Source: an uncultured Spirochaetaceae bacterium
GTDB lineage: Bacteria > Spirochaetota > Spirochaetia > Sphaerochaetales > Sphaerochaetaceae
Direction of reading: 5' to 3'
Assembly (NCBI GenBank): GCA_944389025.1
Contig: CALXKU010000013.1
Location: 2,868-66,867, forward strand
DNA length: 64,000 bases
Part shown: one piece after another, positions 1-9,685 of the stretch
Layout of the letters: each line of letters opens with the position of its first letter
How positions within the stretch are numbered: the first letter of the stretch is position 1
Notes under the pieces: generated by a model
Told to the model about the DNA's origin: nothing
Seen by the model: the letters and a program-made list of their open reading frames with translations, nothing else
The model's database searches: none
Position numbers and translations under genes: made by a program

Positions 1-1
1 T

Positions 2-295
2 GTTTCCGAGATTGCAAAGATCTCAATAACTGCCTGGGACATGGGCAGATTGGTTATGGTGACGCGTAGCTGCTATGACTGCGGCTATATCAACGAGGAA
101 GAAGCCTGGGCATATATAGAGAATGCTCATAAAGCCTGCAAAGAAGAATATCCGGACTGGAATGAGTTTGCAAAGGGATATATTTTCGGAAGAGCAATGT
201 GGTCAGGAAATTCAGAATACCTGTCAGGTATCATGAGCATCGCAGAAGGATTGCTTTCCGATGAAGAAAGCCCCTGGAAAAAGGCCGAGCTTTGA
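2..295 (+). CDS. DUF1266-like protein, 5' end outside window
   Basis: The frame is open from nt 2 to the TGA at 293-295; the track ORF 41..295 is only the first ATG. The peptide AWDMGRLV...GYINEEEAW...WNEFAKGYIFGRAMW fits my recollection of the DUF1266 (YbeU/YbeR-like) signature. Confidence 0.6.
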   Translation, partial: VSEIAKISITAWDMGRLVMVTRSCYDCGYINEEEAWAYIENAHKACKEEYPDWNEFAKGYIFGRAMWSGNSEYLSGIMSIAEGLLSDEESPWKKAEL

Positions 296-407
296 AATAG
301 TGCTTTCCACCAAATCAGTTTTCATTTTCTGTGAAAACAGAATTTGAGATTATTGAGGAAAGCAATTTCATCATGGAGAAATGAATAGCTCCCTTGATTG
401 ATGCAAA

Positions 408-833
408 ATGAAACAGACAGACATTTACACTGAAGCTCTGCTAAGCCTTCGAACAATCCTGCAGATAGACCACCCGGAATTCAAGAACTGGATTGAATGG
501 CTGAATCAGGATATCGATGATTGGATCCAACGGAAAGATGTCTCTCACCATCTTCAGGCGTATGGTGGTATGGGCTCTTTCAACGATATACCATACATGA
601 AGGGAGATCATGATTACATCTTTGGCTTTCTGAAATCAATATGCTATGCTTTTGGTCATCTTTATCATAAAAGACAAGGCGTTACGACAGAAGCATTGAT
701 GAAAGAATGTGCATACGATGCAGCCCAGGCAGACTATCATCAAAAGAAGGAACTGAACCAAGCTATCGTCAAACATCTGATAGAAGGCGATCTGCACGAG
801 AATCTGGATAGCCTGCAGGAGAACTCACCATGA
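408..833 (+). CDS. hypothetical small cytoplasmic protein (immunity-type DUF suspected)
   Basis: 141-aa ORF with no signal peptide. Its stop overlaps the next start (ATGA at 830-833). It has a GGMGSFND motif and helical composition, but I cannot name the family with confidence. Confidence 0.5.
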   Translation: MKQTDIYTEALLSLRTILQIDHPEFKNWIEWLNQDIDDWIQRKDVSHHLQAYGGMGSFNDIPYMKGDHDYIFGFLKSICYAFGHLYHKRQGVTTEALMKECAYDAAQADYHQKKELNQAIVKHLIEGDLHENLDSLQENSP

Positions 834-1810
834 ATGATAGATTGTCCCGATCATTATTCAATAAAATGGATAACACAGAGAAGCTGGCATTGATGGAAAG
901 CCTGGCTACCCATTATGATATGGCCTTTCTTGGCCTGCATTCATTTGACCGCTGGGGACAGAGCTGTACCACTGGTATATTCAGGAAAGCGGAGAGGGAA
1001 TTTGTATTCGTTCCAGGGAATACCGTTACTCTGGGCTGGGACCGCTTCGCAATTGGCCCGAATCAGGACACCCAAAAGGAACTGGACTATCTGTTTCAAG
1101 AATGGGAGATGGAACCGCAGGATCCGGAAGAGATGATCCGAAAAAGCATGGCTCCCGTTCGGCAGGCAGCCATTGGCCCTATGCTGGTGGGGCGGGAGCT
1201 GGAGGAACTCTGCTGGGAACCAGTCAAGATGGATGATCCCAGACTGAAAAGCCATCCTGACTGGCTGAAAGAGTTCCGGGATTTTGCCTGGAGCGACCTT
1301 GATAGCCTTACCTTACACAAGTCAGCAAGAATTGAGCGAATGGGAAATGGCTTTCAGATCTGGATCTATAACAGCACAGACTATGATACGTTTATTGCCA
1401 TGCTGGAAAAGCAGGGCCTTTCGCTGCCAACGGCAGATGAATGGGCGTATCTATGCGGAGGTGGCTGCCGTACTCTGTTTCCATGGGGAGATGGACTCGA
1501 CTACTCTATGCGTCTCCACTGGTTTGGAGACATGGAGGAGAAAGAGCGCCCATACGATATGGAAGAGCCGAATTTCTTCGGTATATCAATCGCTTATGAT
1601 CCCTATATGAGGGAAGTCGTAAAGGCAGAATCCTTCACCACATGCGGCGGTGACGGCGGCTGCAATATCTGTGGAGGATTGGGGCCATTTATGGGCTATC
1701 TCCCCTGCTCCCCGCACTACAAGCCAGAAAAGCATGAGAACAGTACGCTGAATGGCGACTATGACTTCTACCGCCCAATCATCCGGATTGATAGTAAAGA
1801 ATTCACATAA
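830..1810 (+). CDS. hypothetical protein with FGE/SUMF1-like C-terminal domain
   Basis: Translationally coupled to the upstream ORF. LPTADEWAYLCGGG..LFPWGD and PNFFGISIAYD resemble the FGE-sulfatase fold motifs (LPTEAEWEYAARGG..YPWG and N.FGLYDM). No signal peptide. Confidence 0.55.
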   Translation: MNDRLSRSLFNKMDNTEKLALMESLATHYDMAFLGLHSFDRWGQSCTTGIFRKAEREFVFVPGNTVTLGWDRFAIGPNQDTQKELDYLFQEWEMEPQDPEEMIRKSMAPVRQAAIGPMLVGRELEELCWEPVKMDDPRLKSHPDWLKEFRDFAWSDLDSLTLHKSARIERMGNGFQIWIYNSTDYDTFIAMLEKQGLSLPTADEWAYLCGGGCRTLFPWGDGLDYSMRLHWFGDMEEKERPYDMEEPNFFGISIAYDPYMREVVKAESFTTCGGDGGCNICGGLGPFMGYLPCSPHYKPEKHENSTLNGDYDFYRPIIRIDSKEFT

Positions 1811-2045
1811 TAAAAAGTATAGCAATAGTTTCTTCACTACCATACCCTTCAAGATATTGATTTCTAATATATGCAACTTCAAGAATAATAAGAAATTCAT
1901 GGAATCCTCCAAAATGGCATGCTATGCTTAATGCAAGATGTTTTTTAGAAACATATTGGCTTCTGTGATCTTCGATAGTGAATCATCCACATAAGAAGGC
2001 TGATGATGTTTCTCTTCTACAGACTGAGCACCAGGAGGCGACAAA

Positions 2046-2894
2046 TTGGAAATCATCAGATTGCCGAAGAAGTTCCGGATTGTCTGCTATGGCATCATGG
2101 ATGGAAATCCAGAAGCACTGGAAACCCTTGAGAGCTTTTCAGAGAAATATCCTCATCAGGTTGCGGCAATCAAGGCAGAGGTCGCTTATTTCAACTTGAA
2201 ATATGACAAGGCACTTGATCTGGACAAGACTGTTCTCCCCTGGCTGGAGGAATGGTACTACAGCAATGTGAGCAATGAGCATATGACTGCTATGACCGTA
2301 GCTGCTATCAGGCTTCATAGGGAGCCGGAGCTTATAGATGCGCTGACTGAAGAGCAGAAACGCATCAGAGTAGATAATGGGCGACCTCAGAGGGATCGTT
2401 TCTGCGATATCCTGAAAGACTGCCTGAAGCGCGGCAAAATGCCATTCAGCGAAGACAACAGGAATTATCCATACCATGAGCCAGAAGAACCAAGGACGAA
2501 GGAAGAGCTCTGGAAGGAACTTACAGCCAAGAACAGGAAAGCGAATCTGAATGATCCTGATGACAGGAGGAAGCTATACAACCACTGCTGTATGTTCGGA
2601 ACTGCAAAGGATGCTATAGAGCTGTTTGAAAGCATTCAGGATGTACCTATGGCCGAGTCCTCATATCAGGATGCAATTGCCCGTTATCTCTATCTTGGGG
2701 ACAGGGACAAGGCACTCCACACAGCTATGCAGTTAGCAACATCGCGTCTATGGGCAGTAGCTGGACCAACACAGGTACGCCCTATGTCATTCTTTGAGGA
2801 CCCGAATCTGAGGGATTTCCTGCTGGAACCGGAATCACTTAAGTGTATACGGGAAGCAGCTTTCATAGACAATGGAACATTAATGCGGAAATAG
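2046..2894 (+). CDS. hypothetical protein
   Basis: TTG start 7 nt after AGGAGG (2033-2038). 282 aa, helical, no recognisable motif. Its stop TAG at 2892-2894 lies just before the start of the giant ORF. Confidence 0.5.
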   Translation: MEIIRLPKKFRIVCYGIMDGNPEALETLESFSEKYPHQVAAIKAEVAYFNLKYDKALDLDKTVLPWLEEWYYSNVSNEHMTAMTVAAIRLHREPELIDALTEEQKRIRVDNGRPQRDRFCDILKDCLKRGKMPFSEDNRNYPYHEPEEPRTKEELWKELTAKNRKANLNDPDDRRKLYNHCCMFGTAKDAIELFESIQDVPMAESSYQDAIARYLYLGDRDKALHTAMQLATSRLWAVAGPTQVRPMSFFEDPNLRDFLLEPESLKCIREAAFIDNGTLMRK

Positions 2895-2908
2895 AGGAGA
2901 AACTAATT

Positions 2909-5900
2909 GTGTACATAGACAAATACTGGGGCAATTACATAGGAGGATCCGATGACAGCCTAAACCTCGTAGAATTCCTTACGGACCAGAAGAAAGATGA
3001 GATACCCCTCAGTGAGATCTTTGCAGGAATAGGATTGGATAAGCAGAACTGGGATTTCCATAATACAATCGAGTATCTTGAATTCATACATTCCAATGGA
3101 ACTGAAATTGACTTCCATTTCGCTATCGATGTTGTCATCGACCTGGCTGCCATCATGCTGGAATGTGCCATCAGCGGAAGTGTAAATCTCCAAGAGCTTG
3201 ATCCATACCACACTCCTACACGCCATATCCGCATCACAGCCACGCCAGAAGAGCATGATAAAATGGACAAAACCCTTGCGGATTTCGCCAATGATCCCCT
3301 CACCTATGACCTACATGAGATGATGAATGACGATGAGATAAAGGACATGGCACATCAGGTGGAGGCTCTTCGGAAAGAGCTGTACTGGTCTGCGGGCAAG
3401 AACCGTGACTACTATGTGAAAGCTGAGGATATGAAGGAAATGCTCCCTGAATGGAAAGGGCCTGCTGGCTGCATCGCAACAAACCGCATCACGGTTGAGG
3501 GTTGCAGGATTGGCTACTGCTATCGTGAGAAAGCGGACGGAGACTGGGATAGCGGCTGGCGATTTACTGCAGGCGATGAAAGCGATGGATATATGGATGA
3601 TCCGAACAATGCCGGAATATATTCCCTGAACACAATCTGCAATGATGATCCTGAGATCATACCTCTGCTGAATACCCATGCCCCATGCGCTTTTGAGAGG
3701 GACGGAAACGGAGTGTTCCAGCAAATTAAAGATTGGAAACCAGAACAGGACGAGGAGGAAGAGAATATGGATATTTTAAAGCAGTGCCAGAAGTGGCATG
3801 AGGAGAATAAGTTCCAGAAGATAATAGATGCACTCGAAGCGATTCCTGATGCAGAACGGACGCCGGAGATGGACAGCGAACTGGCCCGCGCATACAACAA
3901 TCTAGCAGTACCTGGAAAAAGAGAGATGTTCAGGAAGGCAATCGCCCTGCTGGAACCTCATGAAGAATACTTCAAGGATGACTATTTCTGGAACTTCCGC
4001 ATGGGATACTCCTATTTCTATCTAGATCAGGAAGGGCGAGCACTGAGATACTTTGAGAAAGCTCTTGAGCTACAGCCAGATGACGAGGATACAAAGACAT
4101 TTATCAACTGGTGCAGGAAAGGGATTTCCCTTCCCCAGTTCTCTGAATGCTTCCGTGAACGGACAAAGCTGTGGTGGGAAACATTTGCCGAGATGGAATC
4201 TGAATTCCGCCAGATGATGGACAATGACAAGAATCATACGCATGGTGATGAACTTGTGAGTCAGATGAATGAAGTCCTGAATCTGGCCTTTGATGAGATC
4301 AGCTTCGAAATGGGCTTCAACGGTAAGAAATACGAGCTGATACTCACTCCAGAGGGTGATAAGGTCAAGCTCTTCGAGCTGGTCTATTTCCAGAAGCATG
4401 CTCCGGAGAAGATCCTTGAACACTGGAACATTCTGGTAGGCCGGCAGCCTTCCAGGAACATAGGGCTCCGTACCGACGATGGATGGGACATTTCAGGTGA
4501 TGATGTGCAGATCTGGCTTGAAGAGATTGAAGAGAACAGCTTCAGGATCTCTGCCTACTGTGAAAAGCTGCTGCCAATGCTTCAGGAAAATGAAGGACGC
4601 GCATGGTGGATGCTCACTACCATCACCGACCAGGTTCTGGGAGAGATTCCCCATATGAGATACATAGACAGCTTCGATGTCCTTGAGACTCCGAAAGCAG
4701 AGCCATCCATCACCATGTCCCAGTTACCAGACAAGCTGCAGGAAAAAGGAATGGACCTCTCCGCTGACCCAGCAAAATATCTTGAAACATCATATACAGG
4801 ATACAGCATGGAACCTGACAAGAATCCAGATGCGGATCTGCGCCTGGATATCATAGCAGGATCCACATGCTGTGTACCGCTTATCAACGGATATCTGGAT
4901 GGGGACAATGATTTCATGGACAATCTCCATGCAGATGGAAGCGTTGCGGGATTTCTCTTCTATCCCCTTGATACCCTTCAGGAAGAAGAAGGCAGCCAGA
5001 AGATCTTCGATTTCCGTGACAAGCTGGAAGAGGCGCTGACTGAAGGAGACGGACCGGAAGCACTTACTCTCATCGGCGGTGCAACCGGCCTCCAGTATGG
5101 CTATGTTGACTTCATCGCATGGGATATCGGAAAGGCTCTTGATATGGCATCGGACTTCTTCGAGAAGACTGATCTGCCATGGGCAGGCTTCCATACATTC
5201 AGGCGTGAAGCGAAAGCCATAAAGCTCAAGGACCAGAATGAAGGCAACGATAACGATGATGAAGATGAAACCGAAACTGATGAGCTTGAGGAGACGCTCA
5301 CAGGGATGGACTACATACCATACACACCGCAGGATGCAGATGAGTTCTTTGCACAGCTTGAGAAATGGAATGATGAAGATGAGTACACACGCTGCATCCA
5401 GGCACTGAACGCAATCCCTGAAGACTGGAGGAACTACCGCACAGCATATGCCCTTGCCAGAGCTCTGGAGAACTATGCAATCATCGGAGACCATAAGGAA
5501 GGAACGCCAAGCTACAAAGGAGACAAAGCTCTCAACAAAGCCATCAATGCCTTGGAATCCGTTAGGAAAGATGGAGAAGACAAGGCTGAGTGGAACATGA
5601 GGATGGCCTATGGATACCAGTATCTCTTCGGCCAGGAGGAAAATGCACTTCCCTATGCCAGGAAATGGGCAGAGCTTGATCCTGCAGACGAGGATGCTGA
5701 GGCTGTAATCGGTGACTGTGAAAGGAGGATTGCCGAGCGTAAAGAGGCGGAGAAGAGCGACCACAGGGGAGTATTCACAGGCTTCGTACTGCTATCCAAA
5801 GGAGAATGGGACAAGGCGCAGTTCATCCATGATATGAAGGAGAAATGGGATATCACGGTGGATGAACATGACGAGAGCGAAGACAAGAGCGATGATACTA

Positions 5901-7858
5901 CCCTAGTATTCGAGACCGATGACATGATGGCTGCCATCAGCCTGATGCCATACCCGATTCCAGGAAAAGAGGCCGAGGAGAATGCAGAGAACAATTACCT
6001 CTGGCCTGATGCGGTGAAGGCCGCGGAAAAACACAAAGCCCATATAATGGTGGCAGTTCTTGGCAAAGGCGATGATTTCATAAAGAAAGGCAAGCTATAT
6101 ACAAAGATAATTGCCACATGCTGTCGTCAGGAATATGCAACAGGAATCTACACAAGCGGAGTCGTCTTCCAACCTGAATACTATGAGCATTTTGCAGACA
6201 TGATGAAGGAAGACGAGCTGCCCATCTTCAACTGGATCTGGTTCGGCCTGTACAAAGGCGAGAAAGGCATGAATGCCTATACATATGGGATGGATATCTT
6301 CGGAAAGGATGAGATGGAAGTTCTGGATGCGGATGCAAAGCCGGAAGAGCTGCATGGCTTCCTTGCAAATATCGTATCATATGTCCTGAATGGCGATGTC
6401 GTGCTTAAGGACGGCGAGACAATCGGATTCACAGAGAACGACAAGCACACAATCACGCGGAGCCCTGGGGTTGGACTCCCAGAAGACCAGATGACACTGA
6501 AGATCTCGTACAAGCCTTCGGATGGAGGCCCTGAAGACGATGATGATAGTGATAACAATCCTGAAGATGTTGAGGTCTATACACCTGAGGAGATGGATGA
6601 TGCAGATTTCCACATTGAGACTATCCATGAGAAGGGACTGCCCGTAGATGAGCTGAACGCCTACAGCCACATGGCAATATATCTCCGCTGGTGCATGGAA
6701 AATGACCTGATGGGAGAAGACTTCCTGAAGGAATACAGCGAAACAGTGAAGCAAGTAAAGAAAAATCCATCCAGCGTGGATTTGAGGATTTTCATCAGGG
6801 ATGAACTGGATGGACAGCTTACAGGTCCTATGTTCAATAAAAAGGGCCGTGCGTTTGCCTCATACTATTATGGTGAGATGGATAGTCCATATTACCCTAG
6901 CGATATCGACAACTATGCCATCGGTATGATTGGAGAAGAACGGAATTACTCCGATGAGATCCAGGATGAGGCATACCTCTTCATCCCGTTTGATGAAGAA
7001 TACTATCAAGCGATGGCAAAGGTGATCGGAAGGCGCTTCGAGAACTGGCAGGGACAGGATTTTGATGAGGATACCCTTGAACCTTCTGATCTAGCTCAGG
7101 CATTCATGGAATACCTTGGTTGCGAGTGCACCTACTTTCCTTCCATGAAGGATGATGACCCAACCATGTCGGCATACAGCTATGCTAGGCGCGATGCTGC
7201 ACATGAAGGCTTTATCCCAATACTCATCAATGCATCAGATGAAACCCTGTGGGAGTGCCTTATCATGAATTCCGACCCGGATAGTGATGGCAACGATGAC
7301 TATTCATTCGCTCCCGATAAGGTGTCAAAGTACAGGGAGAGAATGCTTTCTGCCCCAGTCGGGAACGGGAAAGATACACTGAAGGCGCTTATAGATCAAA
7401 GGAAGGAAGAAACAGAAGATGATGAGATGGACTGGGAAGAGGAAATCCTGGGCAGCATGGAAGGCGGCTATGACAACTGCCGCCTTACAAGCTACTGGAA
7501 TGATGAAAATGGAATGACCTACCCTCTCATCCTTGCAAAGATACCGGTGAGAAAACCGTGGGAGATCTTCGCATATCTTCCATTCGGAGGCTGGAATGAC
7601 TGCCCCGATACGCCAGTCCTGATGGCTGTCGCGAAATACTGGGCAGAGGAATACGGAGCAGTTCCTGCCGCAGTGACACACGATGAGCTGGAATTCATGC
7701 TTGATTCCCCAATTCCTGAAGACAAGGCAATGGATACGGCCATTGAGCAGTATGGCTTCTGTCCTGATGTAATCGATCAGGGACAGGAGGAAGACACGGT
7801 TGGATCTCTTGCAGATGTCCTGCGGCAGTCCACGGTCTGGTACTTCTGGTGGGATTGA
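2909..7858 (+). CDS. giant multi-module protein (DUF2185-like, 2 TPR-like modules, DUF4026-like, DUF4253-like)
   Basis: One uninterrupted frame. The track start GTG 2843 overlaps the upstream gene, while in-frame GTG 2909 sits 9 nt after AGAGGAG (2893-2899). Modules recognised by motif recall: GYCYRE..DSGWRF (about 3467-3735), TPR-like 3767-4128 and 5333-5745, DUF4026-like about 5767-6515, and LPFGGWNDCP..YGA (about 7204-7855). Poly-acidic linkers join them. Confidence 0.7.
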   Translation: MYIDKYWGNYIGGSDDSLNLVEFLTDQKKDEIPLSEIFAGIGLDKQNWDFHNTIEYLEFIHSNGTEIDFHFAIDVVIDLAAIMLECAISGSVNLQELDPYHTPTRHIRITATPEEHDKMDKTLADFANDPLTYDLHEMMNDDEIKDMAHQVEALRKELYWSAGKNRDYYVKAEDMKEMLPEWKGPAGCIATNRITVEGCRIGYCYREKADGDWDSGWRFTAGDESDGYMDDPNNAGIYSLNTICNDDPEIIPLLNTHAPCAFERDGNGVFQQIKDWKPEQDEEEENMDILKQCQKWHEENKFQKIIDALEAIPDAERTPEMDSELARAYNNLAVPGKREMFRKAIALLEPHEEYFKDDYFWNFRMGYSYFYLDQEGRALRYFEKALELQPDDEDTKTFINWCRKGISLPQFSECFRERTKLWWETFAEMESEFRQMMDNDKNHTHGDELVSQMNEVLNLAFDEISFEMGFNGKKYELILTPEGDKVKLFELVYFQKHAPEKILEHWNILVGRQPSRNIGLRTDDGWDISGDDVQIWLEEIEENSFRISAYCEKLLPMLQENEGRAWWMLTTITDQVLGEIPHMRYIDSFDVLETPKAEPSITMSQLPDKLQEKGMDLSADPAKYLETSYTGYSMEPDKNPDADLRLDIIAGSTCCVPLINGYLDGDNDFMDNLHADGSVAGFLFYPLDTLQEEEGSQKIFDFRDKLEEALTEGDGPEALTLIGGATGLQYGYVDFIAWDIGKALDMASDFFEKTDLPWAGFHTFRREAKAIKLKDQNEGNDNDDEDETETDELEETLTGMDYIPYTPQDADEFFAQLEKWNDEDEYTRCIQALNAIPEDWRNYRTAYALARALENYAIIGDHKEGTPSYKGDKALNKAINALESVRKDGEDKAEWNMRMAYGYQYLFGQEENALPYARKWAELDPADEDAEAVIGDCERRIAERKEAEKSDHRGVFTGFVLLSKGEWDKAQFIHDMKEKWDITVDEHDESEDKSDDTTLVFETDDMMAAISLMPYPIPGKEAEENAENNYLWPDAVKAAEKHKAHIMVAVLGKGDDFIKKGKLYTKIIATCCRQEYATGIYTSGVVFQPEYYEHFADMMKEDELPIFNWIWFGLYKGEKGMNAYTYGMDIFGKDEMEVLDADAKPEELHGFLANIVSYVLNGDVVLKDGETIGFTENDKHTITRSPGVGLPEDQMTLKISYKPSDGGPEDDDDSDNNPEDVEVYTPEEMDDADFHIETIHEKGLPVDELNAYSHMAIYLRWCMENDLMGEDFLKEYSETVKQVKKNPSSVDLRIFIRDELDGQLTGPMFNKKGRAFASYYYGEMDSPYYPSDIDNYAIGMIGEERNYSDEIQDEAYLFIPFDEEYYQAMAKVIGRRFENWQGQDFDEDTLEPSDLAQAFMEYLGCECTYFPSMKDDDPTMSAYSYARRDAAHEGFIPILINASDETLWECLIMNSDPDSDGNDDYSFAPDKVSKYRERMLSAPVGNGKDTLKALIDQRKEETEDDEMDWEEEILGSMEGGYDNCRLTSYWNDENGMTYPLILAKIPVRKPWEIFAYLPFGGWNDCPDTPVLMAVAKYWAEEYGAVPAAVTHDELEFMLDSPIPEDKAMDTAIEQYGFCPDVIDQGQEEDTVGSLADVLRQSTVWYFWWD

Positions 7859-8109
7859 TAGGAGGTGCAGAATAAGGCAACGATGGCAAAAACACTATCA
7901 ATACAGCTGAATGATGAACAGATGGATTTCCGTAGACAGCTTACCTGCATTCACGGTTGTTCCACTTAAGATGAACTGCAAACCGCATGGCATTCCGAGG
8001 TAAGAGATATTGGATTCTGAGCCGCCATGCAGGAAATGGTTTTCTATGCTGTGGAACATGGTAAGGCAATATTTGCTACTGGAGATCGAGAAGAAATCAG
8101 GAGGAAGGG

Positions 8110-8469
8110 ATGTCGCAGATTGCATCATTTTATCTGATAAGGAACAAACAGCGTCAGATGCTGCACGATGGCAACTGTTCCGGAGCTGTATATATGGCTA
8201 TCTGGGATTGGTGTGAATGCGAACTGGATCTGGATATGCGCTTTACCGCCCCACAGACAGAGGATACATTGGATTGTGTTCTGATAGACAAAGAACTGGC
8301 ATTCAGGTTGCTGAAGGCGCTGAAAGAACATGATATCCAGGAACTGGCAGAGGGAATCGCTCTGGATTGGGATCTCTCCACAGAAGCAGTTCAGGAAGGG
8401 CTTGAAACACTGAATGCTCACCTGAAACTGGTAAACAGCGATACAGCTTTGCTGTATGAGATGACATAA
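8110..8469 (+). CDS. hypothetical small acidic protein
   Basis: ATG 5 nt after AGGAGG (8099-8104). 119 aa with no signal peptide and no family recognised. Confidence 0.5.
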   Translation: MSQIASFYLIRNKQRQMLHDGNCSGAVYMAIWDWCECELDLDMRFTAPQTEDTLDCVLIDKELAFRLLKALKEHDIQELAEGIALDWDLSTEAVQEGLETLNAHLKLVNSDTALLYEMT

Positions 8470-8489
8470 AGAAGGAGGTTCCTACCCTG

Positions 8490-9623
8490 ATGGAGAGAGT
8501 TTTCATCAATCCCATTACAAATAAACAGTGGCAGCTTGAGGTAGATGGTCTGACAATCAGAACATGCCTGAACGGAGGGAGGGTCAAGGAAATCCAGTGC
8601 GACTCCGCTTTCCAAGTCAGGAGCAAAGCTGCAAGTGCTATGATGGAACAGCTGCGAAAAGGCTTTGTCTATCAGAAGCCAGAGGCTGCAACAGGAGAAG
8701 CGATCTGCCACAGATTCGTAGGAAGAGATAACAATGGCTTCATGCCTTTGGCAACCAGTCCCCACAGGGATGATTTCTTCCTGACAAGAGTATCAGGGAA
8801 TTTTGATGACGAGATTCTCTATCACTTTGACGGAAACGGAAAGATAATCGAAACTGTTTCCCTGGGGGCAAAACGAATGACTTACGAACAGGTCCTTTGC
8901 CCAAATGACACGCTGATAATGAATAACAGCTATCTTCTGGAGCAGTTTTCTCTCCATACCCATGAGATCAAGCCTTTCGCAAACAGAAAGAACAGTATGA
9001 AGACCATGCTGGATGGAAGCGGGAACCTTGCCTTGTGGTACACGGGTGAGGAGATTGTCGTCTTTGACTTTGCGGACAACAGGGAAATATGGAAGGAATG
9101 CGTGAAGTGCAGAAAATCAAAAGATCCTGCTTTTGCATACTATTGCTTTGGGATGCTGTCTCCACAGCAAAGCAAAGCTGCCTATCAGGTCACAAAAGGC
9201 GAGTATGTGATTGTTGATCTGAATACTGGACGAAAAGTCGTAATCCAGAATGATGGATGGCATCCTTTCTTTTCTCCGTATGACCAATGCTTCTCAGTGG
9301 GAGGGAAGTTCTATCAGGCAGAAACTGGAGAAGAGACAGAGAACCCCTTCCCCTTTACCGTACGACAGGGACTAAGCCTTTCAGATACCTGCACAGTCAG
9401 GATAAGGGGAAGCCTGATGGCAGTCCAGCAGGAACGGGGCAACTCCCCCATAGAGCTGTGGGATACTGACAGGCGAGAACTGATAGCTTCCATCTGTGAT
9501 CCATTTGTTGTGAAACAGACGAGTTTCGCATTCACTGATAAAGGACTGGTTCTGCACACCGATTACGGGACTATGAGCATCTATCAATGTACTGATGAAA
9601 AAGAAGGATTATGCAGTGGATAG
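8490..9623 (+). CDS. hypothetical protein, WGR-like N-terminus plus repeat-rich body
   Basis: AGGAGG lies upstream. The N-terminus KQWQLEVDG..RT..NGGRVKE..F....A..A...QLRKGFVY resembles a WGR domain. The remainder is beta-rich and may be a propeller. Confidence 0.5.
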   Translation: MERVFINPITNKQWQLEVDGLTIRTCLNGGRVKEIQCDSAFQVRSKAASAMMEQLRKGFVYQKPEAATGEAICHRFVGRDNNGFMPLATSPHRDDFFLTRVSGNFDDEILYHFDGNGKIIETVSLGAKRMTYEQVLCPNDTLIMNNSYLLEQFSLHTHEIKPFANRKNSMKTMLDGSGNLALWYTGEEIVVFDFADNREIWKECVKCRKSKDPAFAYYCFGMLSPQQSKAAYQVTKGEYVIVDLNTGRKVVIQNDGWHPFFSPYDQCFSVGGKFYQAETGEETENPFPFTVRQGLSLSDTCTVRIRGSLMAVQQERGNSPIELWDTDRRELIASICDPFVVKQTSFAFTDKGLVLHTDYGTMSIYQCTDEKEGLCSG

Positions 9624-9685
9624 AAGAATCATTGATCATAGAAACGATGAGGATTGATTAGGCCATATAGTGAAAGGAGGCATTC

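Noticed and set aside
4790-5764. 324-aa minus-strand ORF, plus many other 60-140-aa minus-strand ORFs between 2935 and 7901
   Set aside because: All lie antisense to the single long plus-strand frame, which has clear domain motifs. Their translations are Cys/Ser/Leu-rich low-complexity 'shadow' sequences with no RBS.
7883-7969. 28-aa ORF (MAKTLSIQLNDEQMDFRRQLTCIHGCST) in the 250-bp spacer after the giant gene
   Set aside because: It has no convincing RBS and no conservation evidence is available. It is too short to support from sequence alone.
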